NCBI GenBank assembly: GCA_951406725.2
Contig: OX597821.1
Location: 110,980,001 to 111,044,000 of the forward strand
Length of the DNA stretch: 64,000 bases
Source of the DNA: Octopus vulgaris
Lineage: Eukaryota
Direction: 5' to 3'
Of this stretch, positions 14,161 through 28,093 are shown in pieces (position 1 is the stretch's first letter; the number at the start of each line of letters is the position of its first letter). A program made the position numbers and the translations under genes. Below the pieces are notes generated by a model that was given only the letters and a program-made list of their open reading frames with translations, was not told the DNA's origin and ran no database searches.

Positions 14161-14446
14161 ATAACCAGTGTTATTATCAAGAATCAAAAGAGAAGCTGAG
14201 GAGAGCCAGACAGACAGGCAGGCAGACAGAGATTTGTGTCTTTCATAACGTTGCTTCTCTATTCTAATAGAAGTATATTTGATTATTAATTTGCCAGTTA
14301 ATTAATAAAGACACGCAACTGTTCATTAATTATTTGTATGTTAGACAGTTGTTAACGAGCTACAACAGTGTGTCGGAATACTCTGAAAGTAATAACTAAA
14401 TATATAAAGATATGATGAATTAATTAATAGCGCCTGCATTTATTAA

Positions 14447-14525
<79 letters not shown>

Positions 14526-14532
14526 CATTATC

Positions 14533-14582
<50 letters not shown>

Positions 14583-14604
14583 AATTATCATTATCATTAT
14601 TATT

Positions 14605-15200
14605 GAGTGAGAGAGCGGCGCACGCCTATTATTATTAAGTGAGAGACAAGCACATGCCATCAAAGTGACGCTGGGGCACAAATATACGAAACCCAATATA
14701 CCCAACACGACTATCCGTCTGATAAGGGTACACCAGACACATGCATCACAACCATATGTGCATGACATGGTGATCTCATACCAAGATAAACTACGCATGA
14801 TCTTGCAGGTGGGGCCCAGCTAAAATTTTCTCCAGGTCGAGTAGCTCAAAAGGTCCCTGAATAAGGGTTGTTTAAGGATGTTGAATGAAACATCTATGTT
14901 TCGGGGGTGAGTTATTCAAATACCAACGAATTCCTCTCAACACATGGCTATGATGCTCCCCCGCTACTTCTGCTCGTGATCAGAGATGCACATATCGTCA
15001 GCCACTAAGGGACATGCTCAACTGGTTATGGTCAAACAACTGACAAACAAATCTGTGGTATTGAGCAGAATATTTGCTACAGTCCCATTTTTACACCAAG
15101 ACAAAACAATGTACATGATAACACTTCCAATCAGTTAAGATCAGAAGCCATGAGAGCCACTGCCTGGTACTACATCAGGACATAAATTGCATCAGGGCAT
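14605..15200 (-). mobile_element. About 550-bp interspersed element ending in (TAA)n, copy 1
   Basis: Reverse complement of 37992-38545 along its length; both copies share the same 5' and 3' boundaries. Confidence 0.85.
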
Positions 15201-15289
15201 GATTATTGCATCGGGACATCCACTTCATCGGGCGATTTGTAATTTCATTGTTAATGTTGTTGTTATTATTATTATTGTTGTTGTTGTTG

Positions 15290-15362
<73 letters not shown>

Positions 15363-15377
15363 TACTACTACTAAAAA

Positions 15378-15790
15378 GGCGGTTGAGCTGGCAGAATCGT
15401 TAGCACGCTTGACGGAAATGCTTAGCGATATTTCGCCCGGCGCTACTCTCTGAGATCGAATTTGCATTTCATCGTTTCGGGGTCGAAAAATTAAGTACCA
15501 GTTACGTACTGAGGTAGATCTAACCGACTAGCTCCGTCCCCCAAACTTTCAGGCCTTAGTAGAAAGGGTTATTATCATTACAGGAGCTTGCAGAAACGTT
15601 AGCACGCCGGGTAACATGTTTAACGGTATTTCGTCCGTCTTTACGTTCTGAGTTCAAATTCCGCCGAGGCCGACTTTGCCTTTCATCATTTCAAGGTCTA
15701 TGAATTAAGTACCAGTGGAACATTGGGGTCAATATAATCAACTTACTCCTCCCCCAAAACTTTAGGCCTTGTGCCTTCAGTAGAAAGAAT
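15378..15790 (+). mobile_element. Two tandem SINE family A copies
   Basis: GAGCTGGCAGAATCGTTAGCACG heads and AATTAAGTACCAG domain; flanked by (TTA)n. Confidence 0.85.
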
Positions 15791-16276
15791 TATCATCATC
15801 ATCATCATCTTCATAATGAGAAACCGGTAAGCGAACAGATAAAAACGAACGGAAGTCAATAACTAACCTTCGCCCATATCAAAAACGGATAAATCAAATC
15901 TAAAATAATAAAAGAGAATGGTTACAATTTAATCCTAGAATTTTTTTATTTGGAATTATTGTTAAATATTCATTCCTCCTACCCCCAACCACAAGAGAAA
16001 ACCCTGTCAAGTTTCAAAGGAAGAGTTTTTGCTTCTTTGAGATGTTTTTTGTTCATTTTTTTCTTTTTTTTTTGTCTTCTCTGCATACATTTTGCAATAA
16101 CAAAGAATTTGATTATCTAAAAACCTCGAAAAATGAATATATTTCTGTGGCAATTCGGATCCATATCCATTAATCGCTTTTTCGGGCTTTGACTCGATAT
16201 TCTGAAAAAAAAAAACAATATTCTTCGAGTTCTTTTACCGCTATCTCTTTTGAAACGTTTTCTGTTCCTTTCAAAT

Positions 16277-16520
16277 TCTTCTTCTTCTTCTTCTTCTTCT
16301 TCTTCTTCTTCTTCTTGTTCTTCTTCTTCTTCTTCTTCTTCTTCTTCTTCTTCTCTTCCTCCTCCTCCTGCTCTTTCTTCTGCTCCTCTTCCTCCTCCTC
16401 CTGCTTCTACTTCGCCTCCTGCTTCTTCTCCTCCTCGTGACTCTTCCCCTCCTTCTCCTTCTTCCTCCTGCTTCTTCTTCTCCCCCTCCTCCTCCTTCTT
16501 CTTCTCCTCCTCCTTCTTCT
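16277..16520. repeat. (CTT)n/(CCT)n low-complexity tract
   Basis: Direct inspection. Confidence 0.9.
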
Positions 16521-16809
16521 TTAAATGCCTATTGATATCCGAATGCATTGAGATCGTCGGCAATCAAATCTTTCCAATGTTAAAAAGAAAGTCAATAATC
16601 TCAGAATATTTTTCGCATCGACATCCTCCATGACAAAGCTCATCTCCGCAACGGTAACGAATCCATCAACGCCTTTATTTACTCGCCATTTCTTTAAGCT
16701 ACTAAAACCATCCGCTCAGGCAAATCGGATGACATTCTACAAGACTACTTCCATAAACTTAGATTCCCATGATTCCTGAGTATTTCCGATTGGTTGTTTC
16801 TTTCCTTTT

Positions 16810-16955
16810 CCTCGTTTCAGTTATTCGATGCAGCCATGCTGGAGCACCGCCTTTTTAGTCGAACAAATCGACCCCAGGATTTATTCTTTGTAAGCCTAGT
16901 ACTTATTCTATCGGTTTTTGTCGAACCGCTAGGTTACGGGGTCACAGACACACCA

Positions 16956-17019
<64 letters not shown>

Positions 17020-17155
17020 TTATACACGACGGGCTTCTTTCAGTTTCCGTCTACCAAATCCACTCACAACGATTTGGTCGTCCCGAGGCTATAGTAGAAG
17101 AAGCTTGCCCAAGGTGCCACGCAGTGGGATTGAACCTGGAACAATGTGGTTGGTA
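16810..17155 (-). mobile_element. SINE family B
   Basis: Reverse complement of the family B body with internal (CA)n(TA)n. Confidence 0.85.
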
Positions 17156-17308
17156 AGCAATGCCTGCGTTTATTGGGTCTTTTTTTTTTTTGGTTGGGGG
17201 CGAAATTGTTAAAGGATTTCTTCTCCAGTTCCGCCTGTGAAAAAGATTTCTTGACTTTAATACTTCTTCTCTGTAGTTATCGTTCCTTAGTTCAAAGACC
17301 TATAAAAC

Positions 17309-17615
17309 TGGCACTCCGTCGGTTGCGACGACGAGCGTTCCAGTTGAGCCGATCAACGAAACAACCTGCCCGTGACATTAACTTGTAAGTGGTTGAGCAC
17401 ACCATTGACACGTGTACCCTTAACGTAGTTGTCAAGAAGATTCAGCGTGACACAGAGTGTGACAAGGCTGGCCCTTTGAAATACAGGTACTATCATTTTT
17501 GCCAGCTGAGTGGACTGGAGAAACGTGAACTAAAGTGCCTTACTCAAAGACACGACACGCCGCTGGGAATCGAACTGACGACTTCACGATCGCGAGCCGA
17601 TTACCCTAACCACTA
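17309..17615 (-). mobile_element. SINE family D (tRNA head plus GTGTC.TTGAGCAAGACACTT domain)
   Basis: Shares its 3' tail with family C but has a different head and body; other copies at 29505, 40401 and 42151. Confidence 0.8.
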
Positions 17616-17690
17616 AGTCACCGAATGCGACAATGTCGGTGATAAAAATATGACCTCTACATTAATACAAAATGTCTTAGTATATAGGGG

Positions 17691-18300
17691 TGACCAGGGT
17701 TATGTAAGTGTGACTAGGGTTATATAAGAGTAACCAGAGTTATATAAGTGTGACCAGGGTTATATAAGTGTGACCAGGGATATATAAGTGTGACCAGGGC
17801 TATATAAGTGTGACCAGGGTTATATAAAGGTGACCAGGGTTATATAAGGGTGACCCGGGTTATATAAGGGTGCCCAGGGTTATATAAGGATGACCAGGGT
17901 TATATAAGTATGACCATGGCTATATGTGTGACCAGAGTGATATAAGGGTAACCAGGGTTATATAAGGGTGACCAAGGTTATATAAGGGTAGTCAGGGTTA
18001 TATAAGGGTGACCCGGGTTATATAAGGGTAACCAGGGTTATATAAGGGTGACCCGGGTTATATAAGGGTGACCCGGGTTATATAAGGGTGACCAATGTTA
18101 TATAAGGGTGACCAGGGTTATATAAGTGTGACCAGGGTTATATAAAGGTAACCAGGGTTATATAAGTGTGACCAGGGCTATATAAGGATGACCAGGGTTA
18201 TATAAGTGTGACCAGGGTTATATAGGTGTGACCAGGTTATATAAGTGTGACCAGGGTTATATAAGAGTGACCAGGGTTATATAAGTGTGACCAAGGTTAT
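17691..18300 (+). repeat. 20-bp minisatellite, about 30 units
   Basis: Unit TGACCAGGGTTATATAAG(G/T)G; no unique spacers. Confidence 0.95.
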
Positions 18301-18744
18301 TTATTACAAAGAATCGAAAAGTACTTACAAAATTAAATTATTTTCCAGGAATAACTTTCCACTTTCAGACCAAAATGGCAAAACAAAACACATCAACTGA
18401 TCGATTGATTCATGTCTTTTTCATTAGGTTGTCAAATGATCGGAACAGCTTGGTTCTTGCATTCTTTTAAAGATTTTGGTTCTCTTTTTCGATAAAAAGA
18501 GAAAAAACTTCAAACTTAATCGGAGGTCATTCCCACCCGCTCCTAAACATTGCTTCCAAGTAAAAGTGTTATGTTTTCTTTTGGTGTTTTCTAACCGGGT
18601 CAGATGCGATGCTCAACTATTTTTTCGACAATAAATGGAATTTTCTTGATGCCTTTTTTCTTAGACACCCTCCCCCCAGTTTTGTCCGTATTGAAGATTT
18701 AACGAGCAACGTAGTTAGGCTTCCCAATTACTTTCAAGGCCCTG

Positions 18745-19553
18745 CTATGGCTGTGTAGTTAAGAAGCCTGGTTGACAAACCATGTGGTTTCGGGCTCACT
18801 TGCCCATTGGCCAAGTCTCTTCTATCATAGACCCGGGCTGACCAATACCTTGTGAGTGAATTTCGTAGGGGAAACTGTGTGGAAGCCCGTCGTATATGAA
18901 TGTGTCTGGGAGGGTGTATGTGTGTGTGAGTGCATGCGTGTGTTTGTGTTTGTGTATGCTCTCCACCACTCGACAACTGCCGTTGGCTTGTTTACGCTCC
19001 TGTAACTTAGTAGTTCAGTAATAGAGGTTGATAGATTAAATACCAGACTTTAAAAAAATAGACATTAGTATTGGAGTCGATTTCTTTGCCTAAAACCTTA
19101 TAAGGCGGTGCCCCAGCATGGCCGCAGCCCAGTGACTGAAACAAATAAAAAGATAGTTATTTTCTTCAATTCTTTTTTTTTTTCGTATTTGTTTCAGTCA
19201 TTTGGCTGCGGCAATGCTGGAGCACCTCCTTTAGTCGAAGAAGCCAAACCCAGGGATTATTCTTTGTAAACCTAGTACAAATTCTATAGGTCTCTTTTGC
19301 TGAACAGCTAATATCAAGGACATAAGCACACCAACATCGGTTGTCAAGCGACGGTGAGGGTGCAAACACAGGCACAAAACATTCACACATAAATATATAT
19401 ACACGAAGGCTTCTTTCAGTTTCCGTCTACCAAATGCACTCACAAGGCTTTGATCGGCCCAAGGATATAGTAGAAGACACAAGGTGCCACGCAGTAGAAC
19501 TGAACCCGGAACCATGTGGCTGGAAAGTAAGCTTCTTAGCACACACCCACGCC

Positions 19554-19590
<37 letters not shown>

Positions 19591-19745
19591 GACGGGCTTC
19601 TTTCAGTTTCCGTCTACCAAATCCACTCCCAAGGCTTTGGTTGCCCCGAGGCTATAGTAGAAGACATGTGCCCAAGGTGCCATGCAGTGGAATTGAACCC
19701 AGAACTATGTGGTTGGGAAAAAAGCTTCTTACCATACACCCACTC
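18745..19745. mobile_element. SINE family B cluster (18745-19150 +, 19185-19555 -, 19590-19745 -)
   Basis: Family B motifs; the first two copies are tail-to-tail. Confidence 0.85.
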
Positions 19746-20642
19746 CTGGTTAGTTTACTGCGACATCTTCATCTGTATTCGCAGCTTCCCCTGCTGTTTT
19801 TACGCTTACATTCCCGTTCAAACTTTGAAATTTTCCAACCAATTCTGCTGGCTCGTCTTCATATTTGTTTTCTGTCAAGAAAAACTAAACGCAAATAACT
19901 TTGATCATGATATTATTGAGGTCAATCAGAATTCACTTCTGATAACCAAAATATTAATAGATCTTCCATCTCAATCAATATTGAACTTCGATTTCTAGTA
20001 CATTATATATTTAATAATCTAGGTGCCAGTCAACCTTGATTCCGGTGTTTATTTACTTGGCCCAAAATAGTTCGAATCGTTGACTCAGCAAAGCCTAAGT
20101 GTCTTCCGATGTTAGTTTTCTGTTTGCCGTGATCAAACCTTTTAATAACAACGAAGCGGAGTATCTTAAAATAATAGCTTGCTTTTGCTCTTATTTTCTA
20201 TAGCGAAATCACTGGTTCTTCTGTAGATATAGCCACACTTATGGCTGGAAGTAATGCTTTTAATTTCAAATATGTGACTAAGTACATAGATAAATGAGTA
20301 ACCAATCCGTTCGCATTGGTATCCGGTTTCGCGAGAAAGAGAGATACACAAGAGAACACGGTGGATACTGTCGATTCAGCACGTCACTTACTGCGTTGTG
20401 TGCGCCATTTTAGCAGCGACATTAACCAAATTTTATGCTCTGTAAATTAAAGATGAGAGGTAAAATTTAAAATAAGCAATGCAGATTGGAACAGATCTAT
20501 TCTTTAGAAATGAATACCATGTTTCGGCCTCATAGGGATTCATCAGCGAAGCTTACTCTTTTGAATTGTCAAGACTAAGAGAAATCAATATATATAAATG
20601 AAAGAATGGAGTCGAACGACGATTTTTAACAAAATTCCTTTA

Positions 20643-20725
20643 CTCTCGACATATGTTTCGAAGGCTGCATATTCCTAATTCCGAAGGAATAAAGGGTGCA
20701 TTATGCCGCCATCTCATCAGGAAAG
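20643..20725 (-). ncRNA. Type I hammerhead ribozyme (left arm)
   Basis: CTTTC-CTGATGA-GATGGCGGCATA..TATGCAGCCTTC-GAAA-CATATGTC-GAGAG. Confidence 0.82.
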
Positions 20726-20840
20726 ACAAGGAACTTATGTCAGCACCATGAAGAGCAAAAACTTTTAGATGACTGCCCACATGATGTCCACATGGACATC
20801 ATGTGGGCAGTCGTCTATGGTGCTGACATAAGTTCCTTGT

Positions 20841-20923
20841 CTTTCCTGATGAGATGGCGGCATAATGCACCCTTTATTCCTTCGGAATTAGGAATATGCA
20901 GCCTTCGAAACATGTGTCGAGAG
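20841..20923 (+). ncRNA. Type I hammerhead ribozyme (right arm)
   Basis: CTTTC-CTGATGA-GATGGCGGCATA..TATGCAGCCTTC-GAAA-CATGTGTC-GAGAG; downstream sequence resembles that after the 6320 motif. Confidence 0.82.
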
Positions 20924-21200
20924 TAAAGGAATTTTGTTAAAAATCGTCGTTCGACTCCATTCTTTCATTTATTCATAGTTAAAAAAAACACACAAATTTA
21001 CACACGAGAACACGGGATCCCTGCACTTGGCATATAGCTTCAACCGTGTTTTCTGACGTGAATTTGCTACCCAGGTATCGGTTAACCGAATTATCCATAC
21101 TAGGATAATTCATTCACCTTCTTAAATATATATATATATATATTAAACATATATATCGTGCTTATATATATGTATGTATATATATATATATATATTTATG

Positions 21201-21231
<31 letters not shown>

Positions 21232-21307
21232 CATGTTTATATACCTATACGTATATATATATTATATATATATATATATCTGTGTGTGTATATATATATG
21301 TATGTAC

Positions 21308-21338
<31 letters not shown>

Positions 21339-21368
21339 CGCACACACACACAAATATATATATAATCT

Positions 21369-21400
<32 letters not shown>

Positions 21401-21403
21401 TAT

Positions 21404-21466
<63 letters not shown>

Positions 21467-21825
21467 TACGACGTTTATGTAACCTGTATACAAAAGACTT
21501 CTTTCGGTTTCCATCTAACCAACTTGGAATGGTGTGAGGCTATTGTAGAAAGCACTTGCCCAAGGTGTCATACAGTGGGACTGAACCCGGACGGATCTGG
21601 TTGAAAATCAAACTTATTACCACAGAGTAATGAGAGAGGGCTGATGATGTAATGACACAAATGTTAAGAGGAAGCGTGTGGACTGAGTACACATAGGAAC
21701 GTTGTGCGTCACATGTGACGTTCAAGGAGTTGAAATAGTCCGAGTTATCACCATTATTCATGCAATTGGTGAGCAATAACACCAGGAAGCTTTTGCCTTT
21801 AACGACATGACTGTTATGTCAGGAA

Positions 21826-22180
<355 letters not shown>

Positions 22181-22659
22181 ATAAATCGATCGTATATCTT
22201 TTATTTTCGTTTTCATTTACGTAATTCGATTTCCAGTGGATATTGCTTCACGTGAGGAGGTCGGCGAGGGAGGGGATGGGGGGGTTGCACGGAGAAGTGG
22301 ATGGGGTGGGAAGTTGGGAAGTTGGGCAGTTGGGGAGAGAGAGGGGGGGAGTGGAGACGCTTGTGTTTTGTTTTTTATTTTAAGTGGATTAGATTTCATG
22401 ATTTGTAAAGTAGTAAATAACTCCATTGTCTCTTGGCCATGTGAAGGAGTGTCGATGCGGACTGAGTGGTCATTGGTGAGTGTTCCGCAAGTGTGTGTGT
22501 ATATATATAACGGGAAGCTTTATGAAAATAAACAAAAGACGAAGGCAGGTGGAAAACAAACGAACAATGTATTAGTATGGCGCGTGTGTGTCTTCAACAG
22601 AAAGATACACAGAGAGAGAAAACACAGAAAGGGATGAATAAAATGTGCAGTATGAATCA

Positions 22660-22769
22660 TGCATGAATGTATTGTATATATGTGTATGCGTGTATATATG
22701 TGTGCGCGCGTGTGTGTGTGTGTGTATGAGGGATGAATAGTGCATATACATGCGTGAATGTGCTTGTAT

Positions 22770-22808
<39 letters not shown>

Positions 22809-22908
22809 TATTTGCATATGTCTCTATATGTATGTATGTGTGTATATGTGCGTGTGTGAGACGAATGAATACGTGCATATGCATGCGTGAATGTGATTGT
22901 ATGTGTGT

Positions 22909-22964
<56 letters not shown>

Positions 22965-23053
22965 TTTTCATATAAGTCTCAATATGTATGTATGTGTGTG
23001 TGTGTGTGTGTGTGAGACGCATGAATATGTGCATATGCATGCGTGAATGTGAT

Positions 23054-23126
<73 letters not shown>

Positions 23127-23404
23127 CTATTTGCATATGTCTCTATATGTATGTATGTATGTGTGTATATGTGCGTGTGTGAGACGAATGAATACGTGCA
23201 TATGCATGCGTGAATGTGATTGTATGAGTGTGTGTGAGTGTGTGTGTGTGTGTGTGTGTATGCGTGTGTGTGTGTGTGTGTGTGTGTGTCTATTTGCATA
23301 TATCTCTATATGTATGTATGTGTGTATATGTGCGTGTGTGAGACGAATGAATACGTGCATATGCATGCGTGAATGTGATTGTATGAGTGTGTGTGAGTGT
23401 GTGT

Positions 23405-23443
<39 letters not shown>

Positions 23444-23560
23444 TATTTGCGTGTGTCTCTATATGTATGTATGTGTGTGTGTATGTGTGTGAGACGAATG
23501 AATACGTGCATATGCATGCGTGAATGTGATTGTATGAGTGTGTGTGAGTGTGTGTGTGTG

Positions 23561-23603
<43 letters not shown>

Positions 23604-23700
23604 TTGCATGTCTCTATATGTATGTATATGTGTGTATATGTGTGTGTGTGAGACGAATGAATACGTGCATATGCATGCGTGAATGTGATTGTATGTGTGT

Positions 23701-23733
<33 letters not shown>

Positions 23734-24273
23734 TCTATTTGCATGTGTCTCTATATGCGCTTCTATGTGTGTGTGCGCGTGTGTATTTTTCATATAAGTC
23801 TCAATATGTATATGTATATGTATGTGTATGTGTGTGTATATATATGTGTGTGCGTGTGTGTGTGTATGAGGAATGCATATATGCATATACATATGTGAAT
23901 GTGTTTGCATGTGTGTGTGTGTGTATGTGTCTATTTGCATATATGTCCCTATATGTATGTATATGTATGTGTGCATGTGCGTGTGTGTGTGTATGAGGAA
24001 TGCATATATGCGTATACATATGTGCGTGTGTGTGTGTGTGTGTGTGTCTATTTGCATATACGCCTCTATATGTGCGTGTGTGCGTGTGTCTATTTGCAAA
24101 TATGTCTCTATATGTATGTATGTGTGTGTATGTGTCTCTATATATGTGTGTGTATATGTGTGTGCATATATGTGTGTATATGTGCGTGTGTGTGTGTATG
24201 AGTAATGTATATGTGCATATACATATGTGCATGTTTGTGTGTGTCAATTTGCATATACGTTTCTACATGTGTG

Positions 24274-24360
<87 letters not shown>
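22660..24360 (+). repeat. Higher-order tandem repeat (about 150-175-bp units) built on (TG)n
   Basis: Cores GAGACGAATGAATACGTGCATATGCATGCGTGAATGTGATTGTATG (six copies, 22858-23695) and CTATTTGCATAT separated by variable (TG)n. Confidence 0.9.
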
Positions 24361-24363
<3 letters not shown>

Positions 24364-24846
24364 CACGTATAGTTCCGAGTGCGCTGGGTGCGACTGTTCG
24401 CCAACATATCCTATTAACAATCGCAGGTGTGTGTACGTTATATCTTTTATCTTTCACTTGCTTCGGTCACAAGAACGCGACCATGCTGGGGCACCAGCTT
24501 GAAGAAACTTTTATTCGGATGATTCGCCCCCCAGATCAAAGGACTTACAGTATTTCCTCCAGCTCTTCGCGTTCTGGGTTCAAATTTTGCAGGGGACAAC
24601 TTTGTCTTCCCGCCTCCACCGCGCGGCCCAGGTCCATGAAAACAAAGTACCAGTCATGTAGTGTGGTTTTTAGTCGAACAGATTTGTCCCAATACTTGTT
24701 TTGTTTTTTTTTTTATCGACCCGTTTCGTTTACCCAATTCCTATTAACAAATGAAATATGTGTAACGCTGAATAAATTATGGCAACAAAACGTTCCCAAC
24801 TTCACATTTGGATATACATACAAACATACATACAATATATATATTG

Positions 24847-25325
24847 TGGAGGCGCAATGGCCCAGTGGTTAGGGCAGCAGACCCGCGGTCGGAGGATCGC
24901 AGTTTCGATTCCCAGACCAAATATTTTTTTGTTGTTTTTGTAAAATCTCAGAAAATAATTAAAACTTCACATTTTTTATCAAATTATTTTGTTATATTTG
25001 TCTATCTATCCAACTGTAAACATTTTAAATATTTCACTAACTTTTTGTTATAACTTGGTAAAAGGGTACATATTTTGCCAAAAATATGTACGTTGTGTGT
25101 GTTTGTTTTTTTGAGCGAAAACACCTGAAGCTCCACGAGGCTCCAGTAGGAGGTGGTGGCCACTCCTCTTGTACTCTTTCGCCCCAACTTTCTCTCACTC
25201 TCTCTTCCATTTCTTGAGTAACGCTGTGATGGACTGGCGTCCCGTCTAGCTGGGGGGGGGGGGCACATACGCCACAGAAACCGGGAAACCGGGCCCATGA
25301 GTCTGGCTAGGCTTGAAAAGGGCGA
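24847..25325 (+). mobile_element. SINE family C head with alternative tail, interrupted by an AT-rich insert of about 170 bp
   Basis: Head 24847-24918; resumes at about 25091; tail GACTGGCGTCCCGTC..CACAGAAACCGGGAAACCGG. Confidence 0.8.
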
Positions 25326-26219
25326 GAAAAAAAAAATATATATATATATGCACACACACATATATATTCGTTGCGTCTTGCAACCTTTTCAATAGTCGTT
25401 GACCGTCCGTTATTCAGCAGCTCGGATAATGGACAGAGTCAACGACAAAGGTTGCAAGACACAACTAAAGCAGTAAATTAGTGGAAACTGAAACGGTGAG
25501 TGTGTTAAATAATAAGACACAAAAAGAGAATGACTCTCCCCAGACACAACAAAATATGCTTCAACACACGAACTCTCATAAAGAATCTTGCAAACCAAAT
25601 CCAAAAACGAAATATATATATATATATGTATATTTGCGGTACAAGATTTGAATTTAGAGAATCGTGTGGTTATCACAGAAAGCTCTTCTTGCGGACATGG
25701 CTAACCGTCCCCATGGTAATTCAGAACAGAGAAATATAATGAGAATATCTATGCAGCTAAATTCCTGATGATGATCGATGAAATTATTTCATGTAGAATA
25801 TATAAACCATAAAAGTTAGGAGAAAATGAGAAGTAAATATATTTACTTAGCCACTTAATATCCTTAGGCTTACAGTCGTTTCGCAGCCTTCTTTATGTAG
25901 TAATAATTTCAATGTGGAAGAAATTATGCTTACATGTTCGTATAGATATATATAAGATCGACATTATACAATACAATTGTATATTCACAAATTATTGCAA
26001 TTAAAGAATGCTAGCCCATTAGATCAACAGAACAACGAGGTTATACAAACAATTCAACTCTAAGTATACACACAAAATTTCACTTCACATATACAATGTA
26101 TGGGGAACCGGGACCAGATAAAATTTGCTTGGTTTAGTTAGTAAAGATAAAGACACGTTTCTATATACCAATTAAGGTACAAGACAGAAAGTCATGGAGT
26201 TGACTATCTTTAATTCTTT

Positions 26220-26388
26220 TATTCTTTTCAGCCATTTGACTGCGGCCATGATAGAGCACTGCCTCTAGTCGAGCTAATCGGCCCCAGGTCTTATTCTTTG
26301 TAAACCTAGTACTTATTCTATTGGCAAATTTTGCCGAACCACTAAGTTACGGGGACGTAAACACAGACACAGAAACATATACACAAAC

Positions 26389-26455
<67 letters not shown>

Positions 26456-26710
26456 GAGCAAATTAAAAAAACGAAGAACAAACACAAAACAGAAAAAAGT
26501 GTAATAGAAAAGGAAGACGTACGTGTGTGTATATATATATATATACATATATACAACAGGCTTCTTTCAGTTTCCTTCTACCAAATCCACTCGCAAGGCC
26601 TTGGTCGGCCCGAGACTATAGCAGAAGACGCTTGCTCAAGGGGCCACGCAGTGGGACGGAACCCGGAACCATGTGGTTGGTAAACAAGCTACATACCAGA
26701 CAGCCAATCC
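26220..26710 (-). mobile_element. SINE family B
   Basis: Both halves present around microsatellites. Confidence 0.8.
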
Positions 26711-27007
26711 TGTGGCTATGTTTATAAAGAAAAAAAAAACAGGAAGGGATATATCACTGCATACCTTTCATGTGTAAAGTTGTTAATGTTAAGCAATAAC
26801 CTGTCATGCAGACGAGTATTCTTCTCGTTTCCAGCGGTGGAGGGGGAGGTGAGATGAAATCACGAAGGTGAATTGTAAACGGTGCGGGAGTGGGGGGGGA
26901 TACATTAGGAAGTATAGAAAAACGCGAATAAAAACTGATCTCACTTTTTTTATGACATACGTTAATAGTAATAAAAACAGCGTAATTGCTTGGGTAATTC
27001 GAGTGTA

Positions 27008-27064
<57 letters not shown>

Positions 27065-27079
27065 GTATGTATGTATGTA

Positions 27080-27134
<55 letters not shown>

Positions 27135-27326
27135 GTATGTATGTATGTATGTATGTATATATATACACACACGCGCGCACATATATATACATATATATAT
27201 ATAAAGGTATGTGTGATTGGATATATATATATATACATACATATATATATGGAGAAAAGGATGATACTTGCTTGTGTTTTGTGGTATGTATATACGTATA
27301 TATGTGCTATGTATATATGTGGTATG

Positions 27327-27377
<51 letters not shown>

Positions 27378-27682
27378 ACATATCGTTGTATATGAGTGTG
27401 TGTGTATAAGTATATACATATATATGTATGTATTTATACATCTCTTTATTTATGAGTGTGCGTGCGTGTGTGTGCGTTCGTGTGTGTGCGTGCGTGTGTG
27501 TGTGTGAGTGTGTGTGTGTGTGTGTGTGTGTTTGTATGCAATGTACGCATATTGTATATTTACGTATTATGACTTGGGCGCAATATGCAAATATCTACAA
27601 GTTGCCAAACAATAGCTATTGCCAGACATAATAGGAAAGTTTTAATGTGGTCAGGCATGTGTACAACATGTCAGCTTATGGG

Positions 27683-27754
<72 letters not shown>

Positions 27755-28061
27755 ACCACTAAAGCGTTCGTGTTAAACTTGGTGAGTGTCAAATATGAGA
27801 TATGCTTAGCCGTGGGAACAGTGGTACAAGCGGAACTATGAGAGACGGGGGTCGTGATGGTGGTCGTGGCAATGGTGTTGAGGGAGTAGTAGTGATGGTG
27901 ATGGTGGCGGTGGTAGTAGTAATAATGGTTGTTGTTGTTGGTGGTGGTGGTAGTGGTGGTACTGACGGTGATGATGGTACTGGTGCTGGTGACAGTATTA
28001 GTAGTAGTAGTAGTAGTAGTAGTAGCAGCAGCTGCATCATCAGCAGCAGCAGCAGTAGTAC

Positions 28062-28093
<32 letters not shown>

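Larger units (their letters stand above)
20594..20972. repeat. Near-perfect 380-bp palindrome carrying two hammerheads
   Basis: Arms are reverse complements with about 2 substitutions and a 17-nt left-arm insertion; 2-nt central loop at 20791-20792. Confidence 0.95.

Noticed and set aside
17691-18300. CRISPR-like array
   Set aside because: Units are contiguous with no unique spacers; eukaryotic context; no cas genes.
22858-23700. Repeat-spacer (CRISPR-like) pattern
   Set aside because: The spacers are (TG)n variants, not unique sequences.
24847-24918. tRNA gene
   Set aside because: A tRNA-like SINE head that continues into SINE body in other copies; no proper acceptor stem or terminator.
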